A DNA stretch of 64,000 nucleotides from Chrysomallon squamiferum (GCA_012295275.1 CM022677.1:5704001-5768000); one strand, 5' to 3'. Counted from the stretch's first letter, positions 46,167 to 63,407 are shown. The notes: generated by a model not told the origin, from the sequence alone. A program made the numbers and translations.

Positions 46167-48282
46167 TGTTGTTGTTCTTCTTCTTTTCTTCTTCTTCTTC
46201 TTCTTCTTATTATTATTATTACAAATGCTATTTATAATATTCACGAGTCATTAAGATCCCCCTTTTTTTTTTTTGCCCCAGTATCTACATTTTGAAATTT
46301 AAGGGGGGAGGGGAAGCATGACCTAGGCAAGTTGAAAACTGCTCTTTTCCCGGCTCTGCACAGATATAGTTTTATTCAAAGGAGCATGCTATATATCATA
46401 CAAATAATAGAATGAAGCGTTCCTTGATTTTTTTTATTATTATTGTTTTTATCTCCTCTTGTTAAAACGTATTGATAGTTTTTGTTCGAGGAAATTGATG
46501 TTAACGATTTCATGGGAGATAATTTGTGATCGCTGTGTTGAGAATTTTAATCATTTTCAGACTTTAATATTACTTTGTTTTGGGCGTAAATTTCAGTTCA
46601 TTCTACTTTATAATTGTATATATTTTCATCAAATTGTCAAGACAAAGAGATAATACACTGTACCCGAAATAAATCTGAGATTTGCGTCTTAGTGAAATGA
46701 TTTACAGTTATTTATAGATAATTGTAATTTGATGAAAGGAGAAGAAAGAAAGAAAGAAAAAGAAATAGATGTTAATATGAACGCTTTCAAAATAAAATGT
46801 ATGAGTTAAGCTTTTTGTTTGTTTCCAGTGTCGTGTTCAGTTTGGCAATAATTAATCTTAAGCCTCATTACTTAGTCATTTATAGATTAGATGTCAAAAA
46901 TATTAAATTTGTGTTTGTTTGTTTGCCTACTTTCAAAATTAAGTATGATAGATTAGTCACGTGATTGTTTTCCATGATATAGGTAGAAAATTACAAGAGT
47001 ACCTAAAAAAAGAACCCCAAATAGAATGAAATGAAATAAACGAAAATGAATTAAAAAAAAAAAAAAAAAAAATCACACCAAAAACCACTAAATAAATAAA
47101 TAAATTTAAAAAAAAAAAATTATTTTTTTGATTAAACAAAGAAAACATAAATTTACGATAATTTTCTTTTTAATAATAATAATAATAATGATGATGATGA
47201 TGATGATAATAACAATAGTAATAATAATAATAGTAATAATATAACAATAAAAATAATACAATGATAATAAAGGATATATTTTTAATTCATGAATTTGACT
47301 TTTTGTTTGTTGCAAGTCTACTTCAGTGTTAGATAGTAATACTTGTTTTTTCCTTGTAAAGTTTTCATTCTGGATTTTGCAAATAACACACTTTACTGCT
47401 ATGCAAGTGTTTATTACTTTTATTATAGAAAACAAAATATTCCAAGTTTTAAAAATAAAAGTTTTAATGGACATTTTAAAAATTTAACTGCAATTGTGAT
47501 TGTTCCATTTGTATTTATTTTATTTTTGAATAGTATTTTATGTGTGTATATTATTGTCACATATATACATATTTTAAAAATGATATCGGTGTTCCGAACA
47601 TAATAATAATAATAATAACAATAGTAGCAAATGATGAATTTTTGATTCGATAATTCGAGAGTATTGTTATAGACATTATAATAATTAATAATGAAATATA
47701 AAAACAAAACAATTAAAAATAATGAAATAATAAAAAAAAAAATATATCTATATGTGAATCACTCTTATGTGACACCTTATATTAATTAATCTGGAGTCTG
47801 TTCGAGGCTAAGATTAACTGTGAGACATTTTCCACAGTGTTTTGTTTCACTATTAAATTTATGAGACATATAGAACACAAGCTGCAGACACATTTTTCAG
47901 TAATGTTTGGTTTCCTTCAGCTGGTGTTTATGTTATGTGTTACAAAGAATGCACGAAATTTTCTGTTATAAAACAAAACTTTCGTGGAGCTTAACTGTTA
48001 TTGAGGGAAGTTAAGAAGTTAATTGTTTAATTATTAAAGACTATTAACCTATTTTCATTATTATTTTTGTGTTATTTGCCTTATATTTTTTGTTTCTGTA
48101 AGTTTTGGTTTCCACTCTCTGCATTCTATACGTAATGTGTATACAGTTACATATCAATCCAGTAAAGATGATAAAGTAATGCAAGGTTTGTGCATGTCTG
48201 ACAGATATAATTTGATTACATCAGTCATTTCACTCGTATCACAACTATACCTAATTACTCATTATATATATTTGATTTCAAC

Positions 48283-48437
<155 letters not shown>

Positions 48438-48781
48438 TTCTCATTACTTACTCAAAATACTTAAATATGAGGAAAAACCGAAGTACATTTAGATTAGTAA
48501 TTTGATATTTTGACGAACATTTAAAAACTATAGTATTGCTCCCCGCTACTCCTATGTTCTACACATCTCTTTATTACCTTGTATCCAAACCAGTTTTATT
48601 TAGAGTAACTGTTAACATTCTAGCCAAGGCAACTGTAGTGTTACACGATACTCAGATAAATAGGTGACCTAGACAAAAATAAACTGTGCGTATTGTAAAA
48701 TTTCTTCAATAAACACTGAAGCCAAAGTTCAACCCAAACTGTCAAGCTGCGGACTTTTGGGAGGCAATGCATACGGGGAAC

Positions 48782-50554
<1,773 letters not shown>

Positions 50555-50699
50555 AATAGAAAACCCTCAGCGTCAACTCCAAGCCAGGTACGCCAACAAT
50601 GAATAAATCAATGAATGAATAAATAAATAAACAAACAAACAAACAAATAAATTAATAAATTAATAGTAATAATAATAATGAAACTCCCTTTGTTACAGA

Positions 50700-50860
50700 G
50701 ATAATAGAAGAACCCAAATCTGTGACGTGTCGTCTTGTAAAAGATCACTCGATATATTCAAGTGGATGGATGACTGACAAAAGGATCAAACGGCAAATAT
50801 TTTTGGTGTGAATTTAGTCTACAAGATTGCAGCTTTACTTCCATTTCTACTACAGGTAAG
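50700..50860 (+). promoter_or_regulatory. Putative promoter and non-coding exon 1 of the downstream nSTAND gene
   Basis: Module-P paralogue (ctgtgacgtgtcgtcttgtaaaagatcac) ending in a strong donor cag|gtaagc at 50855/50856, on the same strand as the exons at 57 kb. The link to that gene is inferred. Confidence 0.45.
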
Positions 50861-51091
50861 CAAAACTGAGTTGTGACAGTTGATTGTGTATTTATTTCAC
50901 AGCAAACCTAGCTATTTATTGTCTTTGGTTACCTCTGACAGTAGCACTCGAAACTCGACTTTCCTTTATAAACAATCCGAAGTAATACACTGCAGATCCA
51001 GGAAAGAATAATATTATTTTTTTGAAATTATTGAATTATTTATTTATGTATTTATTTATTTATTTATTTATTTGTTTATTTATTTGTTTGT

Positions 51092-51138
<47 letters not shown>

Positions 51139-51483
51139 TTTGTTTATTTATTTATTTGTTACATGGTAGAGTTAAATAAAAAAAAAAAAAAAATTTCTTG
51201 TTTATGTATTTAATTTTGTTTTTTTACAAAAACATTTTTTTCTCTCTTAAATTGATCAGTTATGCATTCTATAAATACATGAATTGTAATTGGTATATAG
51301 TGTGATATGTGTCCAGTAAACACGATAAAGTAATGCAAGGTCTGTGAATGTCTGATACGAATAATTTTATTACACCAGTTACTTCAGACCTAACATGACT
51401 ATATTTAATCAGTCTAATAGTCACTATGATTTTATAAATTGTCACTAGAGAAATATGTATTAATAAGATTGTTTTGACAACTT

Positions 51484-51529
<46 letters not shown>

Positions 51530-51556
51530 TAGATAGATAGATAGATAGATATATAA

Positions 51557-51599
<43 letters not shown>

Positions 51600-51859
51600 C
51601 ATGCATATATGAATGTACGTATCTTCGTATGTTTACTGTCTTGATGTATGTGATTTATTGATGTAAATGACCTGACCGATATAACTGGTTATCGCCTTTA
51701 GATATCAGATTTGTCCTCCACAGATAAGAATGCTGAACTGCATCGAGACATTGGATATTCCACCTGACCAGAATAAAGCTAATATGTTAAAAGAATAACC
51801 ATTTATTTATTTTTATGTGCAATCCTAAATATCACAAAAAATAAAAAAATAAATAAAAA

Positions 51860-51890
<31 letters not shown>

Positions 51891-51916
51891 AAAAAAAAAA
51901 AAAAAAAAAAAAAAAA

Positions 51917-51978
<62 letters not shown>

Positions 51979-53366
51979 TAAAATTGTCGCTCCAAAATGA
52001 AGAACAATGTCTTTCTTAAATAACTTCGGTCTATTGATTTTTTTAACGATTTTTATATATTTTATTTATATAATTTTTTGATAAGACCTAGCCTAGTAGT
52101 TTAATTTTAAACAAATAACTCCGAACAATATATATGTTTGTATGTGTATGTATGTATTTGTTCGTGTTTGTGTGTGTGTCTGTACCTGATATAAACGGAT
52201 TGTTTAGAAAGAGATGATCACAAGAAATTTTAGTATTACTCAGATGATGTTAAAGTTGTTTACAGATAACTGTAATTTGACGAAAGGAGAAAAAAAAAAA
52301 GAAAGAAACAGAAACAACTTGCATTTGCCTGTCACTGATAGATAAGAGAATAGAAATATATTTTTTATTTTTTATTATTTCTTTATTTTTTACTATCTTT
52401 CAAGATTAACATGAGATATGTGCACGCTAGTGAAGTGAGTTTTAATCAGATTTTGAAACAGAAAATTATAACAGAGTAACACGCTACGTGCAAACCTGTG
52501 ACCTGTTGTTTTGCAAAAATATCACCTGTGGAAGAGCTGATTAATTAAAAATACAAAATTAAAATTAATTAGATCTGTCAAATATTAATGCTGATGTAAA
52601 TTAGTTTATTTAGAGAGTTACAAAAAGTGTAGAATAATTATGATTAACCTTTGAAAATAATTTCAGTATAAAATAGTTTCATATATAGGACGATTACTTT
52701 TAGTATTGTATTGTGTTATTTATTTATTTATTTTTATTTTGTTTGTTTTTTCGTCTTGTTTTTATTGGTGTTCTTTTGTTCTTCTTCAATTCCTTTTTAT
52801 TCTTTTATTCTTTTTTTTGTAGATGATCTCTTAATATGAAATTTCTTCTCCTTAAATATCTCGACTTCATTAAATGATAATTTATTATTTTATTAAATAA
52901 TATCTTTATGATAAATTAAATACTATGATACAAATAATTTTGTAAAAGTTTCAGAATAAAATCAGCGTTACTTTAAGGTGAGATCATTTTCATGTGATCT
53001 ACGCATTTGAAATACTTAAAATATGAATTGGTTAGAAATGAACTTTGACATGGATCAGTGTTCTCACTAAGTAAGTGGATGGAATTGGATTCTGAAGGAA
53101 AGTTTAAGAGATTAGCTAAAAAATAACAGAATGAAGCGTTGCATGAATAGCAAATGGTTATTGATAATTTATTTATTTATTTATTTGACCTCCTCTTGTT
53201 CAAACATACTGAAGGTTTTTGTTCGAAACTGACGTTAGTGATTTCTAGGGAGATAATTTGTGATCGTCGTATTCTCTTTAACAAGTTTGATTTTGACTTT
53301 AAAATTAGTTTGCTCTGGGCTTACATTGCAGTTCATTCTGTTAAGTAATTGCATACCTTTTCATCA

Positions 53367-53422
<56 letters not shown>

Positions 53423-54130
53423 CAACAACAATAACAATAGTAATAATAATAATAATAGCAAGTATATACGAAGAAAAAGCTTTTTGCTGAGATCTGACAA
53501 ACTGGCATATTTTGATGTTAATATCAAATGGCTGCATGCAGCAACTGGATAATCCTCAAGAATTTCATAATTCCCTTGAGGAAAACCGATAGAAATGTAC
53601 TTTTATTCATATTACAGAATTTGTTAGCGAAGTGAACTGGATCTTGCCCTGTATGTGAGCCGAACTCAGTCACTTGGTCACCCCAATCAACCTACCCTAC
53701 CATGTTTGTGGTTTGAAGTTTGCATTCTTATATATCTTTACACTCTGATAATTTACTACATGTTTTTGCCCTAACCGGATGTTTGCATCTGTTAACCCGC
53801 AAATCGGTCTATATGACTGAACAGAACCATGTGATTTAAAATGTCGGCATGTTCTTAAGTGATGTATCAGGAAAGAAAATGTTAAAGAAAACTGGTAATG
53901 CATTTTCCTTTTTATTCGGATAAACATACAATTCCTTGGATGTTTATCCATTTTTCTTCTTTTTCTTTTTGTTCTTGTCCTTCTTCTTCTTCTTCTTCTT
54001 CTTCTTCTTCTTCTTCTTCTTCTTCTTCTTCTTCTTCTTGTTATTATTATTATTATTATGATATGTGTGATAAGTTTTCTTTGTTTTTGATTACGGGGAA
54101 TTAGGATAATCAAAAATAGCACCGGTGCGA

Positions 54131-54710
54131 AAGAATACTTGTTCCACTAGGAACAACTATTCGGCAAATGGTTGTACCCCAGGGTGAACGAATATTTGTT
54201 TCCGCCACCCACGCTTAGATAAACTAATATTTGGCTAAAGTCTTACGACTACGAACATTGTGATAAGCATAATTCTTTGATAAAACCATCCTTCAAAACC
54301 TGTCAGGGATATTTATTATTTTCAAACTGATATTTGTCTTCTCCAAAATGGGTATCACAAGCTGTGTTATTGTAGGACTTTAATTAAAATATTGCTGCAC
54401 AAAACAACGTGTTTCAAAATAATTATCAATGATAAATAGATTTACGGATGAATGTTTTCACCTTCATTTAAGAAAATAATATTAATAAATAAATAAATAC
54501 AAATGTCCCTATTTTCAAGACAGTTGTATCCCTAATTTATTTATCGACCTATCTACAATTAATAACGTGCTTTTGTGAATGTCTGTTTGCATTGATATTT
54601 AATCAGCTTCAATAGACACACACTGTGTACAGTAATTATCACAACTAGAATATAGAACTACACTTGAAAATAATCACAGAGTGAGGGGAAACAAATATTC
54701 TGATACCAGC
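54131..54710. mobile_element. Insertion (MITE-like) absent from the paralogous site at about 24955
   Basis: Homology to 24700-25075 breaks after ccggtgcga and resumes at tgcatagt..ttcctgttta. A 14-bp inverted repeat gaatatttgtttcc/ggaaacaaatattc lies at about 54190 and 54687. Confidence 0.6.
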
Positions 54711-55341
54711 AGTGCATAGTAGCCGTTTGCAATATCATTCCTGTTTACTAACTAAAATTGTTGAAAGGTTTAGGAAATAAAATTTAAAACTAATTCGGTT
54801 GTAGAAAGCTTCCGTCCTATCACACTAATTATTACTCTATGATGGAGTATATCAGTCTCTGTCAAATCTATCGAACATTCACAATGTAAAGTTGGAGATA
54901 CATCAACTTTCTCAAATAAAATTTGGCTTCATTCTGCAGAGCTTTATGTTCTGTTATTAAAAAATGCATCCTATTCTTTATTATAAAAGAGACAGCAATT
55001 CAGAACTTTAGTGGGCTTTGTTTTGTATTCCTTGTTCCTTCTCTCTGCATTCTGTCAGTACGTGAACGGTACTTTGAATATAGACGCATGTATCCAGTGT
55101 TTATTCAAGTCTAATATAAAAAAATGTTTAGACTTGTCATTTTAGTCGAACCATGACAGTATATTTAATTAGAGATATTGTCACAATGATCTAAGTTGTC
55201 GCTGTACATATATAGCTTTAAAATTAGTGTGAGCATTACATGTAATGAATCTCTCTCAGTGAGCGAGTGCACACACAAAAACACGGACACACACACATAC
55301 ACACATATGTGCACCTATAAGATTATAGTGATACTTCGTAC

Positions 55342-55404
<63 letters not shown>

Positions 55405-57000
55405 TAGATATAGATATATCTATATATGAAATTACTGGTTACTGACATATTTTTCTGCTTGAACCTGCAAAGATAAGAATGCCGAACTGGAATAAAGCAT
55501 CCAACATTGGACCTGACCATGATAAGTCTGATATGCTAAGACAGTTACCAGTTATTTCTTTTTTATATGCAATCCAAAATATCACAAAAATTGGATTTAT
55601 TTGTCACTATAAATCAAAAAACATATTTAAATAAAAATAATAATAACACCCCAAAAAACCAACAAGATAAATACATTACATTTTTCAAAATAGCCTTTTA
55701 AGACCTAAATCAGCAGTTAAATATTAAAGAACTAACTCTGAACACTATACATGTGCGTGTCTGTAAAAACATAATTTATCAAAGTAAACAGACATCCATC
55801 CTGAAAAAGATACATTGTTTTACTTCAGCCCCAAAATAAATTTATGTAGTCACCACATTTTGCCATTGTATCAAAGCTCTTTATAATGCTGACATTGGTG
55901 TTAAAATGAGTTGGGTGATAAAAATGTTTACTAAGATAATGAATTACCACATAATACAAACCTCATTACTACAGTACTTACTTAGTCAGTAGTTTTAGAG
56001 AGTATTAAAAATTATACAGAGTTATAAACATGTTTATTTGAATGCTTCTTAACTAAGTATTAACAAATATGCTAAATTTTTCATAACCTGGTATTAACAA
56101 ATGAAATTAACAATAACAACAAGAGTAATAATAATAATTGTAGTTTCACACACCTCTACATTACATGTCGAAGTCTTAATGAAATTGCAATCCCATATAC
56201 ATGTACATAAATTACATGACCATGTATTAAAAGAATACACACAAGTGGATTGTGTTTCTATTTAGTTATTTTTTTTTTTTTTTTCGCTCTATAGTTCATT
56301 TTATTTTCTTCCTATTTAGTCACTTAGATTTTCATCACATCTAGGCATTTGGATTTTTTCACTATCAAGGTATTTGGATTTTTTGGCCAAAAACAAATAT
56401 ATAGTAACTGTTTGTGACAAATTTCCAGTTTATCAACTGAAATTCTGTATTTGAAAACGGTAAACGTATTTGATCTGTGAAGTTAAATGAACAACAATTC
56501 TGATATGGAAAGACTTCCAAGATTCCATTCTGTTTGTCCTAATTACAACTGTTTCAGCTTTTTATATTGAAGTTTTTTTTTTTTTTCTTATTGTTTTTGA
56601 AAAGAAAATGTTTTTTTTATTATATTATATTTAATTTATTTTATATTCAAAATGAACATTGACACAAATATTAATAATAGATAAAATTTGAACAATTCTA
56701 TGTTTTTTATTGTTCTGTTGACAGGACTGGAGAGTTGTATGACCAGTGACAGAAAACTGGTTTAACATGAAACAGCTAAAATCTAAAGATTGGTCAAACT
56801 GAGTTATAAATAAGTGAATATTTTAAAGTTCAGTTTTCAGCAAGTATTCTGTAATCAACTAACCCCAGTTAGGTAACACTAACTTTCTTTAACCATATGT
56901 CTGAAACCATACAATAGCGAATGCAATGTATTAAATGAAATATTTGTTTTCTTTCTCGTAATTAAAAAATAATTATATTATTTTTTACAGCTCAGCCAAT

Positions 57001-59371
57001 ATGGATGACAGAAAAGAGAGTTCAGAAATCTCATCTAATGTCACAGATGTTTCTTCCTCAGAAAGTATGACAAAATTATTCATATCTTTAATAATGAAGT
57101 ATTTCAATTCTTATTTACATTTTCCCTTTTTCATTGTGTGTATATGTGTTTGTATGTGTGTGTATACATGTGTGTGTATATGTGTCTATGTTTGCGTGTA
57201 TGTGTGTGTGTGTACATGTGTGGAAATGTGTATGTATGTATGTGTGTATGTGAGAATGTGTATATGCATGTGTATGTGTGTGTGTGTATATGTGCGTATG
57301 TGTGTATGTGTGTGTATGTGTGTAAGTGTGTTTATGTGTGTTAGGCTTTTATGTTTAAAATAAATTAAGAATTCAAGGATTTTTTTCCTTAGAAAGTTTC
57401 TTTCTGTTATTATTTGATTATTTTGTACATAATTAGTTGACGATATAAAACACATCTCTAAAAACATGTATTTTTATTGTTATATATACAGAAATATTGT
57501 TAGGACAGATTGTACTAATATTTGTATCTGTCATATCTCTATATGTAGATATTAAATGGTTTTAGAAGTTATTATTATTATAGATTGTGAATTTAAATAA
57601 TTCCTTTTATTCAGTTGGAAGAACACAACCAGTGGCAGAAAATATAAGTGTCAAGTTAGATCAGAGTTCCGTGAATGCAATTAATACCGGGAATATTGTG
57701 ATTGGAAAACAAGTTAATGAAACGAGTAAGTTAAAAGCTTTCTTTTCTCGACCTGTTTAATAAATAACAGAATACACATCTCAGTAGTCATTAATACTTT
57801 TCTATCACTTTGAACTGAAGAACATATAAACATGCTCATACATACATAGACACAATACATACAAATGTATGTACATGTATCCTTACTTAACTCATGTAGC
57901 ATACATACACACACATATATCTGCAGACAGGGATCACACTGAAAAAAACCATATTGAGACCGAGACATAGTTAAACTGATCTAGAGTTTCTTCTTAAGCT
58001 ATTAATACAATTCAACATGAATTAAACAAGACTATATTCCTCTCATTATTATCAACTGTAAATACTGAAATTCAGTGCAGAGTACATGTAGCAACAATAA
58101 TCATAGCAACAACAATAACAATAATAATAATAGTTTTCATTACAAAACCAATAATTATTTAAAATCAAAACGAAAAATATATTAATAATAATGTTATACA
58201 TTTACTGTTTCATGGTTAAGTTGCAGAGTAGTTGTCAAATCACTTTAATCATTGTCTTTTACTGAACATTAGTAACATAAGCTTACATGTTCTATTTTTA
58301 TACTATTTCAGCAACGATCAGAGGTATTTACTTACTTATTTATTTATTATTTGTATAGTTTTCAAAGATAATCATCGTGTTACTTTTATACCATCTAAAA
58401 TTGTGAGATCTTATTATCTTCGTTAAATTCTGATGAACTAAAATTATGGCAACAAACTATTTTATTTTTATTTTAAACTTCAAATAAGATGTATCATTAA
58501 TATTTAAAATATGTTTAAAAACAATTAATAATAGAGGGTTCTATTTTCTGATACAGAGTCTCCCGTTTCGGTGACAAACTCAGCTGGAGTGTCTATGTCA
58601 AAACAAGATCAGAGAAAATAGGTCTTGCACTTTTGAAGAAGAACGGTGTTGTGATTGTAGTAGGAAGTCCAGGCTCAGGAACGACAACTCTAGCTTTGAG
58701 CATGATGAGACAGATGGAAAATGAAGAAAAAAATGAATCTCACCCGATGACTCATCATTCTGATTTCAGTACATCTGTCTATTGTGAAACTTTTGTAATT
58801 TTTCTAATTCATGATGTATTTGGTAAGACTAATCTTGATTCAGATTTTACAGACTCATGGGAACTCAAATTTCCTGAGATATGGAATCTTGTTCACAACA
58901 GATCTTTGAAATGTATTATTACTTTAAGAAAACAAATATTTTTAGAAAGTGAAATTAGTTTGAAGGAATTTGATCTGTTTAATGAGAAACATGTTCTTGA
59001 TCTGCAGAGTGACAACTGTTGTCTGGATTATGATAAAAATAATGAAATTAGTAAGGCTGCAACAGTGAGTCTGTCTGAGTGTAAAAAACACTGGTCTTAC
59101 AGAGATCAAGGAAAAAGCTGATGTACTGTGTGGTACCTATTTGAAGTGTTGTTACAATGAATACACATTTATTCACCAGTTAGTGTTTGACTGTTTGTTT
59201 CTGATGTTTTCATCAGAGTTTCCAAAGAAAGCAGCAGAGTTGCTAGAAGTGTGTCCTGTCTCCATCTTGTTAGAATATGTTGTGATGCCTGGTGTGTCTA
59301 ACAAAAGTGACATTACAATAACTGCTTTGATGTTCTTGCTCTCAGATTTACTGACTTCCTGGGATCAATAA
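57001..59371 (+). pseudogene. nSTAND3-type P-loop NTPase gene (NLR-like), disrupted
   Basis: Phase-consistent exons 57001-57064 (MDDRKESS..), 57615-57725 (GRTQPVAENISVKLDQSSVNAINTGNIVIGKQVNET), a possible 12-nt microexon 58312-58323, and 58557 onward: VYVKTRSEKIGLALLKKNGVVIVVGSPGSGTTTLAL (Walker A region), IFLIHDVFGK (Walker B region), IITLRKQIF, then FIHQLVFDCL..LLEVCPVSILLEYV. Has a 2-nt frameshift at about 58590, an apparent internal deletion and stops at 59.05-59.14 kb, and no C-terminal repeats. Confidence 0.8.
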
Positions 59372-59494
59372 TTGTGTAGCATATTGCGTAATCTATTATC
59401 TGTATACAAATAGTGTACTGGTACATGGTATATGAAAATATCTGTTAAACAGAATATTATAATTAAACTTGGTTTTAATGTTGAGTGTAAAATG

Positions 59495-59538
<44 letters not shown>

Positions 59539-59668
59539 TTTCTTATTTTGATTTCTCTTCATGTTTCTTTCTTTCCTTGACGATATTATGTATAACATCA
59601 ATTTGTTATAAATTGTTTGTTTTTATTTTTTCAATTAATATTAGGTAATACAGGATGTAGTATTGAAA

Positions 59669-59740
<72 letters not shown>

Positions 59741-59759
59741 TTCATTATTTTATTCTTAT

Positions 59760-60046
59760 TATTGAGTACTGATGAATCAAAGCAGTTTTATTTGTGTTCT
59801 AATTTACTGTTTTTTGTTTTACAATTATACAAAATGAAAATAAGGTTTTGTGTAATGTGTTATCTTTGCTTATTATGTCACTGTTACATAAACAATGTAT
59901 GAAATGTGTCAGTTTATGTATTTTTTAATACAGTGATATTTTTAAATATATATATATATATATATATAATTGTAATACTTGGCTGTTATATAAAATTATT
60001 TGTTTTCATACATTTATTTTATCGTCATACACTGAATAGGAAAAGA

Positions 60047-60121
<75 letters not shown>

Positions 60122-60482
60122 TTATTATTATTTTTTTAACTTTATCAATTTAACCATTAGAATATACTGAATGAATTTATGTAGCAAATACGTGTATATA
60201 TTGATTTTATTGTCTTATTTAATTTGCTTGGTAGCATATTTTTATTACCTTTATTTTGTACGTCAACTAACTTTAGATCAAACTTCAAATTACTGTTTTA
60301 TAATTAACTGTATCTTTAATTAATGGATTGTCTCCCTTTTGTTACACATCCAGTTGTTACGCAACTGCAATACCATTAGTGTAATTGTCACAGGTGACCA
60401 AATGTTCTTCATTTTACTGTTATTAAATACAATAACAAATACTTAAAGAATTAAAAAAATATAGAAAGAAAATACTGAATAC

Positions 60483-60517
<35 letters not shown>

Positions 60518-60539
60518 TAATAATAACAACAACAACAAC

Positions 60540-60586
<47 letters not shown>

Positions 60587-60612
60587 CAACAACAACAACA
60601 ATAATAATAATA

Positions 60613-60647
<35 letters not shown>

Positions 60648-60678
60648 CAACAAGAACAGTAATAATAATAATAATAAT

Positions 60679-60733
<55 letters not shown>

Positions 60734-60737
60734 CAAC

Positions 60738-60769
<32 letters not shown>

Positions 60770-61385
60770 TAATTTTATTTCTTAATAGCAAGAAAGTAAG
60801 TTGGAAGAAAAAATCCAATTTTTATATAGTTCAGTAAGTTTCCTCTGTGATTGTATTTTTTATTTTATTTATTTATTTATTTATTTTTCACTTTCAGGAA
60901 CATAAAATCAGATTAACAAAATACTTGGTCTGGTTGGCTGTGCAAGTCACGTGATTAGGGATTTTCTTAAGCTGTTATTTAACGTTCTAACATGATCGGT
61001 AAACAAACCTTTTTAGACTGGTTCGTTTAAACTTCTTGTTGTTTTTTTATTTCTAGTAAATTGTAGTGTGGAACAATTGCTTAATTTTTGCGTAACAACT
61101 GAAAAGATCAGCCTATTATTGTATACTAGAAAGCAGGCATCTGATTACCATTCATTAGCTCTGTGACAAATGGATGTGTAACAAGTGGATGATACGTGTA
61201 ATATTACCCTTTGATCCCATTAAATTGTGTGTGTGTGTGTGTGTGTGTGTTTGTGTGTTACCAATATAACATTATTAAATGAGTAAGAACTGAATCTGAG
61301 TTGTGTTGAATTCGATTTAATTATAGTAGAATTTAATGTGTTATTAATTTCTTTTCGATTTTTATTGTGTTTTATTCTAATGGTA

Positions 61386-61474
<89 letters not shown>

Positions 61475-61762
61475 AAAGTGTACTGTAATTCCATTAACAA
61501 TTAACACAATAAATATATTTTATAAATGGTAATTACTTTGGTTTTCTTTATTATATGATGTATATTTCCAGTATTCAAGAAAAACACACTGCAATGGAAT
61601 AATGCATTCTACAAGTTCTTGTCACATCCTCTGACATTCACTAGTGACATAGTGTTACATACCAGCATGTCTGTTAACTCGGTTAATGGACTCTTCCATG
61701 CAAGTAAATTGTGAAATGTTCTCAGAAAACAGAGGCATAGTTTATTATCTTAATTTCATCAT
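59760..61762 (+). repeat. Diverged direct duplicate of 30065-31712 with expanded microsatellites
   Basis: Collinear blocks such as tcaactaactttagatcaaacttcaa, aaaatcagattaacaaaatacttggtct and acacactgcaatggaataatgcatt. Confidence 0.9.
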
Positions 61763-62097
61763 AGACTGTGATAAATTATTCAGGCGTATTTTCATGTTTA
61801 CAATACTGTTTTTATATATGTCTTGTATCATTAGAAATACAAGCCCAGAAAACAGCATACAAATAAGAGAATGTCGCCCGAAGTGTTACATTACAGGGCA
61901 GAGTGTCATAAACAGTGTTGACTGTAATACCTTTAGTCTGTATAAAAACAATCTTATTTCTTTTGTCCTTAAGAAAAAAGAAAAGAAAAAAGCACAGATT
62001 CTGGACTCGTTCATAGCTGAATAGTTTTATGTTTGTATAAAACTATGAATTGTTTCAAAAGTGAAAAACAGTAAGTTCAAGAAAGAAACTTAGAGCA

Positions 62098-62222
<125 letters not shown>

Positions 62223-62843
62223 GACAGAATGTTAGACAAAAACACAGAGAGGAGTGTATACTGTGTTTGTGTGACTATGTGTAGGTGTACGTTTTTTTTA
62301 TTTATGTGTAAGGCTATTTGTCTGTGCCTGAGTGTGTGTATATGTTTTTGTGAATATATGTTTGTATGTTTGTAAACAACTTTATAGAACTGAATTCCAA
62401 ACTTTTTATATTTTTATTTAATGGCCAGAATTATATGATACATTAAGTGATAATCGGAAATGAACACTCAGCGAGTAAATAATATGATTTAAACTGTGCC
62501 TTGAGTGTTACATGTTACCCACTGAACAGTCAGGTTGTGAGATATATGTATGAACGTATGTGTGTATGTATGCATGCATGTATGTATGTATGTATGTATG
62601 TATGTATGTATGTATGTATGTATATGTATGTATGACGTCAGTGCACCTCTGTTTCGTTATTATCTCAGTGTTAATCTGATCCAAACCAGGTTAAAGCGAT
62701 ACAATCGAATGCAGAAACGTGTTGGATGACCGAATGCCAACAAAACAAAACAAAACAATAAAAGAAAATAATAATAATAGTAATAATAATAATAATAATA
62801 ACAATAATAATGATGACGATTATGATGATGATAATGATGATGA

Positions 62844-62884
<41 letters not shown>

Positions 62885-62894
62885 ATAATAATAA

Positions 62895-62933
<39 letters not shown>

Positions 62934-63407
62934 CAAGAGACAATAAAAAGGAAAAAAGAAGAAAAGTTTAGTTTTTTATACAGATTAACGTGGTATATAA
63001 CATAATTTGTTTTTTCCTCTTTTTTTTATCTCTCTCATTTTTTTTTTTTTTTTTTTTAATTCGGAGACCGTTTTTACTAATTTGATTTTTATGTATCTGA
63101 GAGTTTTGTCCTAACTTGCATTTCTGCTCGTGAATTTTGTCCGTCTGTGCATTTTTGGATTCGGGGACAGAGGGGCTTATTTCTTGAGGAGCTTATGTCC
63201 GTATTCCGTTTCTATTTCGTTCCTTTGGAAAGAAAAACAGTGGTCTTCCTTGTCCGATGTTTTTTATACTGACTGTTGATTCTTTATTTATTTCACAGTA
63301 TCAAAGTAATTATTTTATTTTATTTTATTGTATTTAATTTAAAATAACAAATATGTACAAACACAAAAAAAATACAAAATAGTGTTTTAACTATAAATCA
63401 GCATTAT

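Noticed and set aside
54845-55115. LINE ORF2 C-terminal Cys motif (VSPTLHCEC..ET..H, minus strand)
   Set aside because: The match is too short and degenerate to call.
63060-63210. MITE end with ttgtcc repeats
   Set aside because: No partner terminus or TSD was identified.
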